Assembly: GCA_036000705.1 (NCBI GenBank)
Contig: DASYUY010000125.1
Span: forward strand, 1,048-65,047
Direction: 5' to 3'
Length of the DNA: 64,000 bases
Source of the DNA: Candidatus Limnocylindria bacterium
GTDB lineage: Bacteria > Chloroflexota > Limnocylindria > P2-11E
Part shown: positions 53,695 to 62,711 of the stretch, one piece after another
Position numbering within the stretch: position 1 is the first letter of the stretch
How the letters are laid out: every line of letters starts with the position of its first letter
The notes under the pieces: generated by a model
What the model was told of the DNA's origin: nothing
Database searches by the model: none
Seen by the model: the letters and a program-made list of their open reading frames with translations, nothing else
Position numbers and translations under genes: made by a program

Positions 53695-54295
53695 TCGACC
53701 ATGCCGCGAGTACGCGCTGGCGAGCGTCGCTCCATGGGCGAGCGGGCACCGTAGGAAGGTCGTACCGGACGCATTCGTCGCGCAGCCAGCGATCCAGGCG
53801 CTGCCCGAGGGCGACGGCCGCGCTCCGTTCCTTACCAGAGAGGCCGAGCCAATCGTGATCGCTTCGCAGCGTCATCGTGCGCCAGATGGTCCCGGGATCG
53901 TCTTCAACAAGGAACACCGCTCGGCAGCGCGCGTCACGCAGGCGCGCGGCAAGGGCGGGCGAGAGGCAGATCCCCTCGATCACGCACGGCTCGCCGCGAG
54001 CGATGTGGATCCGAACCGTCGTAGCGATCGCCGGCTCGAGCGCGCCCATGACGTCGACGAATGCCTGGAGCGCATCGTCGGTCGGTCGTGCGAGCGACAC
54101 GTGCGGGTCGGTGAAGGAGTGGATGGCGGGGAGAGCATCGCGGTCGACAAGACTTCGAGCGATCACCCACAGGTCATCGAGCCTCACGTGCGCGAGGTGT
54201 AGGTCGCGCGCGAGACCGGCCGCGACCGTCGACTTCCCGGTACCGCTGTCGCCACCGACGAGCAACACGGTCGACGGCACCGTGGTCGCGGCCAT
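53675..54295 (-). CDS. P-loop kinase / AAA-like ATPase, hypothetical
   Basis: 'VLLVGGDSGTGKSTVA' Walker A. About 200 aa and kinase-like in size. Confidence 0.65.
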   Translation of the reverse strand: MAATTVPSTVLLVGGDSGTGKSTVAAGLARDLHLAHVRLDDLWVIARSLVDRDALPAIHSFTDPHVSLARPTDDALQAFVDVMGALEPAIATTVRIHIARGEPCVIEGICLSPALAARLRDARCRAVFLVEDDPGTIWRTMTLRSDHDWLGLSGKERSAAVALGQRLDRWLRDECVRYDLPTVPARPWSDARQRVLAAWSITALSA

Positions 54296-54309
54296 GTCAC
54301 GCGAGTCTA

Positions 54310-54780
54310 TTGACAGCGATACTTCGTGTCGTGGCGGGGCTATACGACCGGGTCGTCGCCGCGATCCTTACGCGATCCACGCCGGTGCATGTGTTCCTCT
54401 ATCGCGCGCTGCACGGGCGGATCGTCGATCGGGCATCGTCTGGTTTCATGCCGGTGCTGTTGCTGACAACGACCGGCCGGCACAGCGGACGGTCTCGGAC
54501 GGTGGCGCTCGGACACATGAGCGACGGCGACGATCTCGTCGTCATCGGTTCGAACGGCGGCCTTGATGCCGCTCCCGCCTGGACCGCGAACCTGCGGACG
54601 CGTCCGGAGGCAGCGGTCCAACTCGCCGGTCGGACCTTCGCGGTCCGTGCCGACTTCCCCGAGGGAGCAGAGCGAGAGCGCCTGTGGAATTTGGTGGCCT
54701 CCCGCTATCGGTTCTTCCACGGCTACCAGAAACGCACTCGACGTCGACTGGCCGTCGTAAGACTAAGTCGCGCGCGCTGA
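54310..54780 (+). CDS. Deazaflavin (F420)-dependent nitroreductase-family (Ddn-like) protein
   Basis: 'MPVLLLTTTGRHSGRSRTVAL', 'VIGSNGGLDAAPAWTANL' and 'YQKRTRRRLAVVRL' fit the Ddn/PPOX-class family pattern. Confidence 0.8.
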   Translation: MTAILRVVAGLYDRVVAAILTRSTPVHVFLYRALHGRIVDRASSGFMPVLLLTTTGRHSGRSRTVALGHMSDGDDLVVIGSNGGLDAAPAWTANLRTRPEAAVQLAGRTFAVRADFPEGAERERLWNLVASRYRFFHGYQKRTRRRLAVVRLSRAR

Positions 54781-54854
54781 ACATCGTCTTGACTATTCCC
54801 GGCAACTGGGCGAACGTCCCAACGACACAACATCGCGCAACAAGGGGAGGGACG

Positions 54855-55181
54855 ATGCCGCTCTACCTAACGAAATTCAGCTACACCCCGGAGACTTGGG
54901 CCAGGCTGATCAAGAACCCGGAAGACCGCCGAAAAGCCGCTCAGACGTACATCGAGTCGGTCGGTGGAAAGCTCCATGGGTTCTGGTACGCGTTCGGCAC
55001 GCACGACGGCTACAACCTGTGGGAGGCCCCCGACAACGTGTCCATGGCCGCGGTCGTACTGGCGATCGCTGGCGGCGGCGCGCTGAGCTCATTGGAAACG
55101 ACGGTGCTGTTGACCGTCGATGAAACGATGGATGCTCTGCGCAAGGCCAAGCAAGTCGGGTACCGAGCGCCCGGCGCGTAG
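54855..55181 (+). CDS. GYD-domain protein
   Basis: The ATG at 54855 follows GGGGAGGG. 'MPLYLTKFSYTPETWARLIKNPEDR' and 'YAFGTHDGYNLWEAPDN' are typical GYD features. Confidence 0.8.
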   Translation: MPLYLTKFSYTPETWARLIKNPEDRRKAAQTYIESVGGKLHGFWYAFGTHDGYNLWEAPDNVSMAAVVLAIAGGGALSSLETTVLLTVDETMDALRKAKQVGYRAPGA

Positions 55182-55214
55182 CCGGTCGCGCTTTCTGCGG
55201 CACTAGACTTTGGA

Positions 55215-56087
55215 ATGGTGAACACGATCAAGGTCGTCGGGCTCCTCACGCTTCTCACGCTGATCCTCATCGCCGCGGCGCGACTGTTCTTTGGCCCATC
55301 AGCGGTATTGCCCGCGCTGCTCATCTCGCTCGTCATGAACTTCGGCGCGTGGTGGTTCAGCGATCGGATCGCGCTCTCATTCGCCGGCGCGAAGCCGGTG
55401 ACCGCGGCCGAGGCGCCCGAGCTCTACCGTATCGTCGGCCGCGTCGCCGAGACCGCGGGTCTGCCGCAGCCCCGTATCTTCGTCATCGACCAGCCCGCTC
55501 CGAATGCCTTCGCCACCGGCCGTGATCCGCAGCACGCGGTCGTCGCGGTCACGCGTGGGATCCTCGACATCGTCACCGAACGCGAGCTGACGGGCGTCCT
55601 CGCTCACGAGCTTGGTCACGTCCGCAATCGCGATACATTCGTGATGGCCGTCGTCGCATCGGTCGCAGGCGCGATCAGCTACATGGCGCAGATGGCGCAG
55701 TGGTCGATGTGGTTTGGTGGCGGCGATCGCGACCGCCGGGATTCTGGATCGCTCGGCATGATCGGCATGCTTCTCGGCATCATCCTCCTGCCACTCGCCG
55801 CGATGCTCGTACAGCTCGCCGTCAGTCGCTCGCGTGAGTACGGCGCCGACGATCAGGGCGCTGAGCTGACGCACGACCCGTTGGCACTCGCGTCGGCTCT
55901 CCGCAAGCTCGAGACATACAGCAAGAAGATCCCGCTGCCGGTGAACCCGTCGGTCGCGCCCCTGTTCATCGTGCAGCCGCTGCTGCCCGGGGGCCTCACC
56001 GGACTCTTCTCGACGCACCCACCGATCGAGGACCGGATCGCGCGGCTCGAGAAGATGGCGGGCGCGGAGCTGCCGGCGCAGTTCTAG
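55215..56087 (+). CDS. htpX: Zinc metalloprotease HtpX (M48 family)
   Basis: 'LTGVLAHELGHVRNRD' HExxH, four TM helices, and 'EYGADD' plus 'STHPPIEDRI' at the C-terminus. Confidence 0.9.
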   Translation: MVNTIKVVGLLTLLTLILIAAARLFFGPSAVLPALLISLVMNFGAWWFSDRIALSFAGAKPVTAAEAPELYRIVGRVAETAGLPQPRIFVIDQPAPNAFATGRDPQHAVVAVTRGILDIVTERELTGVLAHELGHVRNRDTFVMAVVASVAGAISYMAQMAQWSMWFGGGDRDRRDSGSLGMIGMLLGIILLPLAAMLVQLAVSRSREYGADDQGAELTHDPLALASALRKLETYSKKIPLPVNPSVAPLFIVQPLLPGGLTGLFSTHPPIEDRIARLEKMAGAELPAQF

Positions 56088-56476
56088 GGTCGGGGAGTCA
56101 ATCCCGGCGGGCGGTAGACCTCGCCGGCGTCGCGCACCGTCTGCCCGGTCGCGTCGAGAACGGCGCGATCCCCGAGCGCGTCTTTGAGTGACACGAGCAC
56201 CGGCACGACGAAGTTGAACGCGGGATACGTGCCCGGATCCTGTCGGACGGCGACCGTGACCGTCACGCTCTTGGCGTCTTCGCGCACGCTCCGCTCCGCG
56301 ACCTCCACGCCGAGCCCGATCGTGATGTTGACTACGATCTTGCGCGGATCACCTGTGCGCTGAAAGCTCGCGATGCTGGCCGTGTGGACGGTCGCGAGGC
56401 TGCTGAAGAAAAGCACGACAGTGAGAACACCCAGGCCGATCAGACTGGCGGCGATGATGAAGCGCTGCCGACTCAT
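56084..56476 (-). CDS. Membrane-anchored hypothetical protein
   Basis: 130 aa. N-terminal TM 'FIIAASLIGLGVLTVVLFF'. No family recognised. Confidence 0.5.
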   Translation of the reverse strand: MSRQRFIIAASLIGLGVLTVVLFFSSLATVHTASIASFQRTGDPRKIVVNITIGLGVEVAERSVREDAKSVTVTVAVRQDPGTYPAFNFVVPVLVSLKDALGDRAVLDATGQTVRDAGEVYRPPGLTPRP

Positions 56477-56829
56477 CCCTCGACGATCGTGGTCTTCGCG
56501 TTCCCGAGGATCGACCAGTGCGTCATGTCCCTGCCGGCCCGGGCACCGTGCCAGTGCTTCGTGTTCGCCGGGATGAAGGCGACATCGCCCGCCGAGACAT
56601 CGTGGTGCTCCTCGTCGGTGGCGACGAGGCCCTCGCCCTCGGTGATCACCAGGATCTGATCGGTCGAGTGGACGTGCGGCTTGTTCACCGCGCCGCGCCG
56701 GAAATGCACCTCCGAGAGGCGCAGGTCGCGGCTCTCTTCGCCCACGGCGGTCTGATAGTCGACCTCACCGACGAAGATGGGATTGTCGGACCGCTCGCGG
56801 CCCGCCCTGGTGACGCGGATCACCCGCAC
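56473..56829 (-). CDS. Cupin-domain protein
   Basis: 'PHVHSTDQILVITEGEG' and 'GDVAFIPANTKHWHGA'. I chose the GTG at 56829 to avoid a 5' overlap with the divergent gene; the ORF extends to 56886. Confidence 0.68.
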   Translation of the reverse strand: MRVIRVTRAGRERSDNPIFVGEVDYQTAVGEESRDLRLSEVHFRRGAVNKPHVHSTDQILVITEGEGLVATDEEHHDVSAGDVAFIPANTKHWHGARAGRDMTHWSILGNAKTTIVEG

Positions 56830-56858
56830 GCCACGATTCTGGCTCAAACTGGACCACG

Positions 56859-57584
56859 GTGACCGCGCTCGTCTTGATTCACGCATATCCCCTCAGCGGC
56901 GCGATGTGGGAGCACGAGCGCCGCGCGTTACGCGACGCCGCGGATCCGATCATCGCGCCGTCGCTCCCCGGTTTCGGCGGGACCGCCGTGCCGCGTGGTG
57001 ATCCCACGATCGACGACTACGCGGACAGCGTCGTGGCGGCCATGGACGCGGCGGCGATCGACAGCGCCGCGGTCGGCGGCCTGTCGATGGGCGGTTACGT
57101 CGCGTTCGCGCTGTGGCGTCGGCATCGCGGTCGCATCAAAGGCCTCTTCCTCGCCGACACGCGGGCCGAGGCCGACGTCGAAGACGCCCGCGACCGACGC
57201 CTACGCCTCGCCGCTCTGATCCGCGAGCACGGGACGGTGGCGCTGCTGAAGACGCCGCCGCAGTGGCTCCGCGAGGACTCGCCGCATTGGGATGAGCTGC
57301 TGAAGATGGTCCGCGGCCAGACCGCCGAAGCCCTCGCGCAGGGAAGCATCGCGATGGCGCACCGCGCGGACAGCCGACCGGACCTGCCGACGATCGACGT
57401 CCCGACTGCGGTGGTCGTTGGCGATGAGGACACGATCACGCCGCTCGATATGGCGCGGACGATGAGCGACGCGATCCCCGGCGCCACCCTCAGCGTCATT
57501 CCAGGCGCCGGGCATCTCTCGAACCTCGAGGCGCCGAGCGCCTTCGAGACCGCGGTGCGCGCATGGCTCCGACGGACGGAGTGA
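56859..57584 (+). CDS. Alpha/beta-hydrolase-fold protein
   Basis: 'LVLIHAYPLSG', nucleophile elbow 'GGLSMGGYVA', and 'GDEDTITP' plus 'GAGHLSNLE'. Confidence 0.8.
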   Translation: MTALVLIHAYPLSGAMWEHERRALRDAADPIIAPSLPGFGGTAVPRGDPTIDDYADSVVAAMDAAAIDSAAVGGLSMGGYVAFALWRRHRGRIKGLFLADTRAEADVEDARDRRLRLAALIREHGTVALLKTPPQWLREDSPHWDELLKMVRGQTAEALAQGSIAMAHRADSRPDLPTIDVPTAVVVGDEDTITPLDMARTMSDAIPGATLSVIPGAGHLSNLEAPSAFETAVRAWLRRTE

Positions 57585-58246
57585 TCGTCAGCGCGACGGA
57601 CGTCGCGCGTGTGTATCCGACCGGCGCGACCGCGGTGGCCGCGCTCGACGGCGTGACGCTGGAGGTGCCCCGCGGCGAGTTCCTGGCGGTGATGGGGCCA
57701 TCGGGGTCGGGCAAGTCGACGCTGCTGAATATCCTGGCCGGTCTCGAACGACCGACGCGCGGCGCGGTCGTCGTCGACGGCGCGGACCTCTCCGCGATGG
57801 ACGAGGTCGAGCTCGCGACCTACCGCCGCGAGAAGGTCGGCATGATCTTCCAAGCCTTCAACCTGCTTCCGCGCTATCGCGTTGTAGAGAACGTCGCGCT
57901 GCCACTCCTCTTCGCCGGGATCCCGCCCGACCGGCGGCTCGCGCGCGCACGCGCGGTCCTCGACCGTCTCGGTATGGGGCCGCGCGCGGATCACCGCCCG
58001 AGCCAGCTCTCGGGCGGCGAGATGCAGCGAACCGCGATCGCGCGCGCGCTCGTGACGGAGCCGGCCCTCCTCCTCGCCGACGAGCCGACCGGCAACCTCG
58101 ACTCAGCGAACGGCGACGCGCTCCTCGGGCTCATCAGCGAGCTGCACGCCCGCGGGCAAACGGTCGTCCTCGTCACGCATGACGCGGGAATCGCCTCGCG
58201 CGCCCAGCGCATCGTGCGCATGCGCGATGGACGGCTCGTGAATTGA
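57563..58246 (+). CDS. ABC transporter ATP-binding protein (MacB/LolD/FtsE-like)
   Basis: Walker A 'GPSGSGKST', signature 'LSGGEMQR', Walker B 'LLLADEPT'. An alternative start is the GTG at 57581, which overlaps the upstream TGA. Confidence 0.9.
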   Translation: MAPTDGVIVSATDVARVYPTGATAVAALDGVTLEVPRGEFLAVMGPSGSGKSTLLNILAGLERPTRGAVVVDGADLSAMDEVELATYRREKVGMIFQAFNLLPRYRVVENVALPLLFAGIPPDRRLARARAVLDRLGMGPRADHRPSQLSGGEMQRTAIARALVTEPALLLADEPTGNLDSANGDALLGLISELHARGQTVVLVTHDAGIASRAQRIVRMRDGRLVN

Positions 58247-59499
58247 GAACGTCCGACCTGTTCGCGCTCGCGTTCGGCAACTACTCGCGGTCACGCCTGC
58301 GCTCGACGCTCACGACGCTCGGCGTCGCGATCGGCACCGCGCTCGTGGTGCTCCTCATCGCGCTCGCGACGGGCGCGGAGGACAACGTCAAGCGGTCTAT
58401 CTTCTCCATCGGCGACTTGCGGCTCGTCACCGTGCAGCCGTTCCAACCGGGGGCCACAGGCCTATCCGCGGTGCCGCGCACGATCGGCGATGACCACGTC
58501 GCGAAGTTCAAGGCGATCCCGCACGCAGAGTCCGTGTTCCGCCAGTACGACGCGCCGCTCGGGACGCTGCTCGAAGGCGGAGAGGACGCGGCGATCCGCC
58601 CCCAGGGGATCGAGGCCGGCGCGCCGGTCGATCGCGGTGATCTTCTCGCCGGCCGTCATCTGGCGCCGAACGAGCACGGGGTCGCGGTGATCCCCGGCAA
58701 TCTCGCGCGTCTCGTCGCCGCGACGCCCAACGCGGCCGTCGGACGGAAGGTCACGCTCCGCCTCGGCGGGGCGGTGAAGCTCGGCAGTACGCGCATCAGT
58801 GGAAGTGGCACACCGCGGGACTACGTCGTGACGGTCGTGGGCGTGTTCGACGAGCAGGCGTCGCAGACCTCAGTGCGGATCCCGCTCGACGACGCGTTGC
58901 TCGCAGGCGCCGAGAACCGCGGGCTCACTCCGGATGCCGTCCGCACGACGACGGGGTACAGCGGCGTTGCGATCGAGTCCGAGGATTCGCAGTACGTCGC
59001 CGAGGTGGTGAAGTCCGTTCAGGAGCTTGGCTTCAGCGCGTTCTCGCTGAAGCAGGTCATCGATCAGATCGACAAGGGCTTCGGCGTGTTCCGCGGCATC
59101 CTCGCCGGCATCGGCGGCGTCGCGCTGCTCGTCGCCGCGATCGGCATCGCGAACACGATGATCATGGCCGTGCTCGAGCGCACTCGCGAGATCGGGATCA
59201 TGAAGGCCGTCGGCGCGTCACCGCGGGACATCCGCTCGATCTTCCTCGCGGAGGCGGCACTCGTCGGCGCGTTCGGCGGCGTCATCGGTCTTGCGCTCGG
59301 GATCTTTGGCGGCCGCGTGATCGAGCTCGTGATCCGTGGCCTCAATCCACAGTCGAACCCCGCGCCGATCTTCGTCGTGGATGTACCGCTCGCGCTCGGC
59401 GCGATGGGGCTGGCGCTCCTTGTGAGCATCGTCGCCGGATTCCTACCCTCCCGACGAGCGATGCGTATGTCGGCGCTCAGCGCGCTGAGGTACGAATAG
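58243..59499 (+). CDS. ABC transporter permease, FtsX/MacB-like
   Basis: TTGA overlap with the upstream gene. N-terminal TM, a large periplasmic-type loop, and a C-terminal FtsX module '[19 protein letters not shown]'. Confidence 0.9.
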   Translation: MRTSDLFALAFGNYSRSRLRSTLTTLGVAIGTALVVLLIALATGAEDNVKRSIFSIGDLRLVTVQPFQPGATGLSAVPRTIGDDHVAKFKAIPHAESVFRQYDAPLGTLLEGGEDAAIRPQGIEAGAPVDRGDLLAGRHLAPNEHGVAVIPGNLARLVAATPNAAVGRKVTLRLGGAVKLGSTRISGSGTPRDYVVTVVGVFDEQASQTSVRIPLDDALLAGAENRGLTPDAVRTTTGYSGVAIESEDSQYVAEVVKSVQELGFSAFSLKQVIDQIDKGFGVFRGILAGIGGVALLVAAIGIANTMIMAVLERTREIGIMKAVGASPRDIRSIFLAEAALVGAFGGVIGLALGIFGGRVIELVIRGLNPQSNPAPIFVVDVPLALGAMGLALLVSIVAGFLPSRRAMRMSALSALRYE

Positions 59500-59508
59500 G
59501 CCCTCTAC

Positions 59509-59539
59509 TTGCAACAACTATAGCGATATCGATATAGTT
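59509..59539 (+). promoter_or_regulatory. Putative promoter plus operator of the AbiE-like module
   Basis: TTGCAA (59509-59514), 18 nt, TATAGT (59533-59538), 7 nt, then the ATG at 59546. A near-perfect 24-bp palindrome AACTATAgCGATATCGaTATAGTT (59516-59539) covers the spacer and the -10 box. Confidence 0.5.
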
Positions 59540-59545
59540 TACGCA

Positions 59546-60247
59546 ATGGACGACTATGGCAACGACTGGATCAGCGCCGCGGATGTCGCCAAGCGCCTCC
59601 GCGTGAATGAAGCACGCGTACGCGCGCTGATCAAGCGCGGAGCGCTGCCTGGGCGGAAGGTCGCAAATCGATGGCTGGTGCCGCGGCAAGCACTCCAGAG
59701 CTCAGCGGTGGCCGCCCGCGTAGCGGGTCGCCCGTTCAGTCCCGCAAACGCCTGGGGCCTTCTGTTCTTGGTTTCGGGTAGACCGGCGGAGTGGCTCTCG
59801 CCGGTAGGTCGGTCGAGGCTCAAGGCCCGCCTCAAGTCGCCAAAGTTTCCATTCGCGTCGCGTTTCCGACGACGGGCGAGCGTCAAATACCTTCGCGCGG
59901 ACGAGCGCGCGCTTCGCAAGATCGTCGCCGACGACCGATTCGTCCGATCCGGCGTCAGTGCCGCCGACGACCATCATGTTGACCTTAGCGCTCCGGGCGT
60001 CGTGGAGGGCTACCTACCGAAGGATCGACTAGCGAAGTTGTCCTACGAGCACGCGCTGCGCGTTGTCTCGGAAGACTCAGCAAACCTCATCGTTAGGTCC
60101 GTCGTTGACCTTTGGCCATTCGAGTCTGAGCGCGTGGCTCCGGCGGCGGTCGTGGCCGTTGATCTCATCGACTCATCCGATCAGCGCAGCCGACGGGCGG
60201 GAAGTGCGATGCTAAAAAAGGTTCGACGCAGGCACCGACAGAAGTGA
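59546..60247 (+). CDS. AbiEi-like antitoxin candidate (excisionase-type HTH N-terminus)
   Basis: 'ISAADVAKRLRVNEARVRALIKRGALPGRKVANRWLV' HTH. The C-terminal 'VAVDLIDSSDQRSRRAGSAMLKK' resembles the AbiEi C-terminal domain. Lower GC than the surroundings. Confidence 0.6.
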   Translation: MDDYGNDWISAADVAKRLRVNEARVRALIKRGALPGRKVANRWLVPRQALQSSAVAARVAGRPFSPANAWGLLFLVSGRPAEWLSPVGRSRLKARLKSPKFPFASRFRRRASVKYLRADERALRKIVADDRFVRSGVSAADDHHVDLSAPGVVEGYLPKDRLAKLSYEHALRVVSEDSANLIVRSVVDLWPFESERVAPAAVVAVDLIDSSDQRSRRAGSAMLKKVRRRHRQK

Positions 60248-60961
60248 TCGAACTCGTGACAACAAACGATCAGGACCGTGCGGTATGGGAGACCATCATG
60301 GACATCACCGATTGGTTCCGCGCTCCATGGACCCTGATCGGCGCACGAATGGTTCAACTTCATGCGATGTCCGCTGGTCGAGAAGTGCCGCGTCTGAGCC
60401 TCGACGCCGATGCGCTAGCCGATGTCCGAGCGATGCCCGGAGCTACAACAAAACTCGCCGCCGCCCTGGTTAAGCACGGCTTCGAGCTCAGGGAGACGAG
60501 CACCCTTGGGCTGGCTCATAGGTTCGTGCGAGACGACGTTTCGATCGATGTGCTGGCCCCCTGATGGCCTCAACAGGGTGAGTTCACGTTTGACCGTCGG
60601 CAAACTCCATACCGTCCAAGTGCCGGGCGGAACGCAGGCGCTTCACCGGACGCGCGTCGAAGACGTCAGGATCGGGCGTCGGCGTGGAGCCATACCGGTT
60701 CCTAGCCTGCTGGGTGCCATCCTCCTGAAGGCGCGCGCTGTGAAGGTCGATGACGTGCCCGACAACCAACGGATCGATCTCGCAGTTCTGTTGAGTCTGG
60801 TCGGGGATGTCGAGCCAATTGCCCGGGAAATGCGTACAAGTGAGCGGTCTTGGCTGCGAGAACGGAAAGAGATGGCCGACCCCAGAACCGCGTGTTGGCG
60901 GTTTCTCTCGACGGATCAAGCCCAGCGCGGTGTAGCGACGTTCCGTCAACTGTCGGCCTGA
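60244..60961 (+). pseudogene. AbiEii-like minimal nucleotidyltransferase, interrupted by a frameshift at a C5 run
   Basis: GTG at 60244 overlaps the upstream TGA. Frame 1 reads '...LIGARMVQLH...RLSLDADAL...IDVLAP*' (TGA at 60562-60564). The homologous continuation 'DGLNRV...VPGGTQAL...PSLLGAILLKARA' is in the +1 frame. Deleting one C of 60557-60561 restores a 238-aa ORF. Confidence 0.6.
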
Positions 60962-60974
60962 GCAATCGCGCGCA

Positions 60975-61418
60975 CTAGAACGGGCCCGCGAGCTCCGGCG
61001 GCGCGAAGAGATAGGTCGGCTGCTGCCACCACTGCTCGACCGCCTCGCCGCGCGCCTGCTCGAGCAGCGCCGCGATCGTGTCGGGCGGCTGACCGTCGGC
61101 GGCGGCCAGGACGACGATCTTCCCTTCGTTCAGCGCGTTCGCGTAGCGCTTGCGGACGTCGCGCGGGATGATGCCGCCGGGCAGGAGCTTCCGCAGCCGG
61201 TAGCGAAGACCACCCCAGCCCTTCCCGGGCAGCCACGCGCGTCCACCGGCGACAAGCGCTGCGCGCTGCGAGTCGCTCGCGAGCACGCAGATGTCCTGCT
61301 CGCGCACTCCCGACTCACGTAGCAGCGTCACCGCCTGGACCGCCGCGTCGTCGTCGCTGAACGCGGCCGCGGCCACCATTCCGCCGGACACCGCCTCGAG
61401 ATACGACGTCGTCGCCAT
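60975..61418 (-). CDS. Hypothetical protein, possibly general-stress-protein-17M (YflT)-like
   Basis: 147 aa. 'VAAAAFSDDDAAVQAVTLLRESGVREQDICVLASD' resembles the YflT/GSP17M N-terminal pattern. Weak call. Confidence 0.45.
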   Translation of the reverse strand: MATTSYLEAVSGGMVAAAAFSDDDAAVQAVTLLRESGVREQDICVLASDSQRAALVAGGRAWLPGKGWGGLRYRLRKLLPGGIIPRDVRKRYANALNEGKIVVLAAADGQPPDTIAALLEQARGEAVEQWWQQPTYLFAPPELAGPF

Positions 61419-61441
61419 CCGCGAATGCTAGGTGAGGGTGC

Positions 61442-62689
61442 TCAGGCTCGCCACGCGAGGATCGGGATGCGCATCTCGTCCGCGGTCATCCCACCGTGCG
61501 AGCCACGATGTCGGAGCGTCTGCCCGTCGACCTTCACGATGGATGCGGCGAGATCGCGGTCGAGGAGCATGACGACCTCGCCGATGCGGCGCCGCGCCAT
61601 CGTCGGGTCTCCGCGTCCGAAGAGTCCAGCCTCGATGAGCTCATCGCGGTCGAGGACCGTGACGAGGCCCGGCCATCTCCGCTCGATGAGCTCGCGCACC
61701 TTCTCGGCCCGGTCGGTGTGCAGGAACACCAGACGTGGCTCTCCCGCGGGCGGATTGCGGAGGAGTCCCCGCAGCTCCTCGTCCCCGACGACGTCCAGCA
61801 TCTTGTCCGGATCGGTCGTCGCGTGCCCGTGATCGGCGGTGAGAAGGACGAGCGTGTCTCCGACCGCACGACCCGCGAGCGCGTGCCGTAGGGCGACGTC
61901 GAAGATGGCGGCCTCGATCGCGGCTTCTTCGCTGCGCGGACCGTACAGATGCGAGACCGTGTCGATGCCGGACCAGTACGCGTAGACGTACGAGGGACGC
62001 GGCGCATCCACGAGCCCGGTGTGCAGGCGCACGCCCATCGTCGACGGAACGACATATCCGACGAAGTTCGCCTGCGCGGCGTGCATGCGGGTCATGGCCT
62101 CCGCGCGGAACATCTCCGGCTCGATGACGTATGAGGGGATGCCGCGCTCGCGCAGGCGCGCGTGGATCGACGGTACCTTGACGAACCGCAGTGGGTCGAC
62201 GGCCGGATCGTCGAAGTACGATCCGCGCCGCGTGATCGCGGGTCCCCATCGCAGCATCGCGGTCACCTGCGCAAACTCCTCGAGCCAAAGAAAGTACGCG
62301 ATGTTGCCGTGCTCCAGCGGCGTCCGCCCCGTGTTCATGGTCGTGATCGCCGCGGCGGTTGTGGACGGGAAGACCGTCGTCGCTTCGAGGAGCTGCGCGT
62401 GGTCGCCGCGCCGCGCGCGCTCGCGCAGCTGCGCGAGGAACGGCGTGTCGCCACGATCGCAGAACATGTCGAGCTGCCACAGGCCGAGGCCGTCCGCGAG
62501 GACGACGACGACCTGCCGAACGCCCTCGCGCAGCGCAGGGTCCAGCCCCGACAGCGGCGCCGCGTCGCCGGTCTCCCGCGCGCCGAGGATGTCGAGCACC
62601 GTCGCGGGCACGTTCAGGAGACCGCCCCCTTCGTAGTCGGGCATCACGAAACCGCGCGCGCGAAGACGCTCGACGAGCGGGTGTGGCAT
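61442..62689 (-). CDS. Alkaline-phosphatase-superfamily protein (type I phosphodiesterase / nucleotide pyrophosphatase-like)
   Basis: ATG at 62689. 'VVVVLADGLG', 'VFPSTTAAAITTMNTGRTPLEHG', 'LLTADHGH' and 'HGGMT'. The longer ORF to 63406 is rejected. Confidence 0.8.
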   Translation of the reverse strand: MPHPLVERLRARGFVMPDYEGGGLLNVPATVLDILGARETGDAAPLSGLDPALREGVRQVVVVLADGLGLWQLDMFCDRGDTPFLAQLRERARRGDHAQLLEATTVFPSTTAAAITTMNTGRTPLEHGNIAYFLWLEEFAQVTAMLRWGPAITRRGSYFDDPAVDPLRFVKVPSIHARLRERGIPSYVIEPEMFRAEAMTRMHAAQANFVGYVVPSTMGVRLHTGLVDAPRPSYVYAYWSGIDTVSHLYGPRSEEAAIEAAIFDVALRHALAGRAVGDTLVLLTADHGHATTDPDKMLDVVGDEELRGLLRNPPAGEPRLVFLHTDRAEKVRELIERRWPGLVTVLDRDELIEAGLFGRGDPTMARRRIGEVVMLLDRDLAASIVKVDGQTLRHRGSHGGMTADEMRIPILAWRA

Positions 62690-62711
62690 CGGGGGACGAT
62701 ACTGCCTCGCG

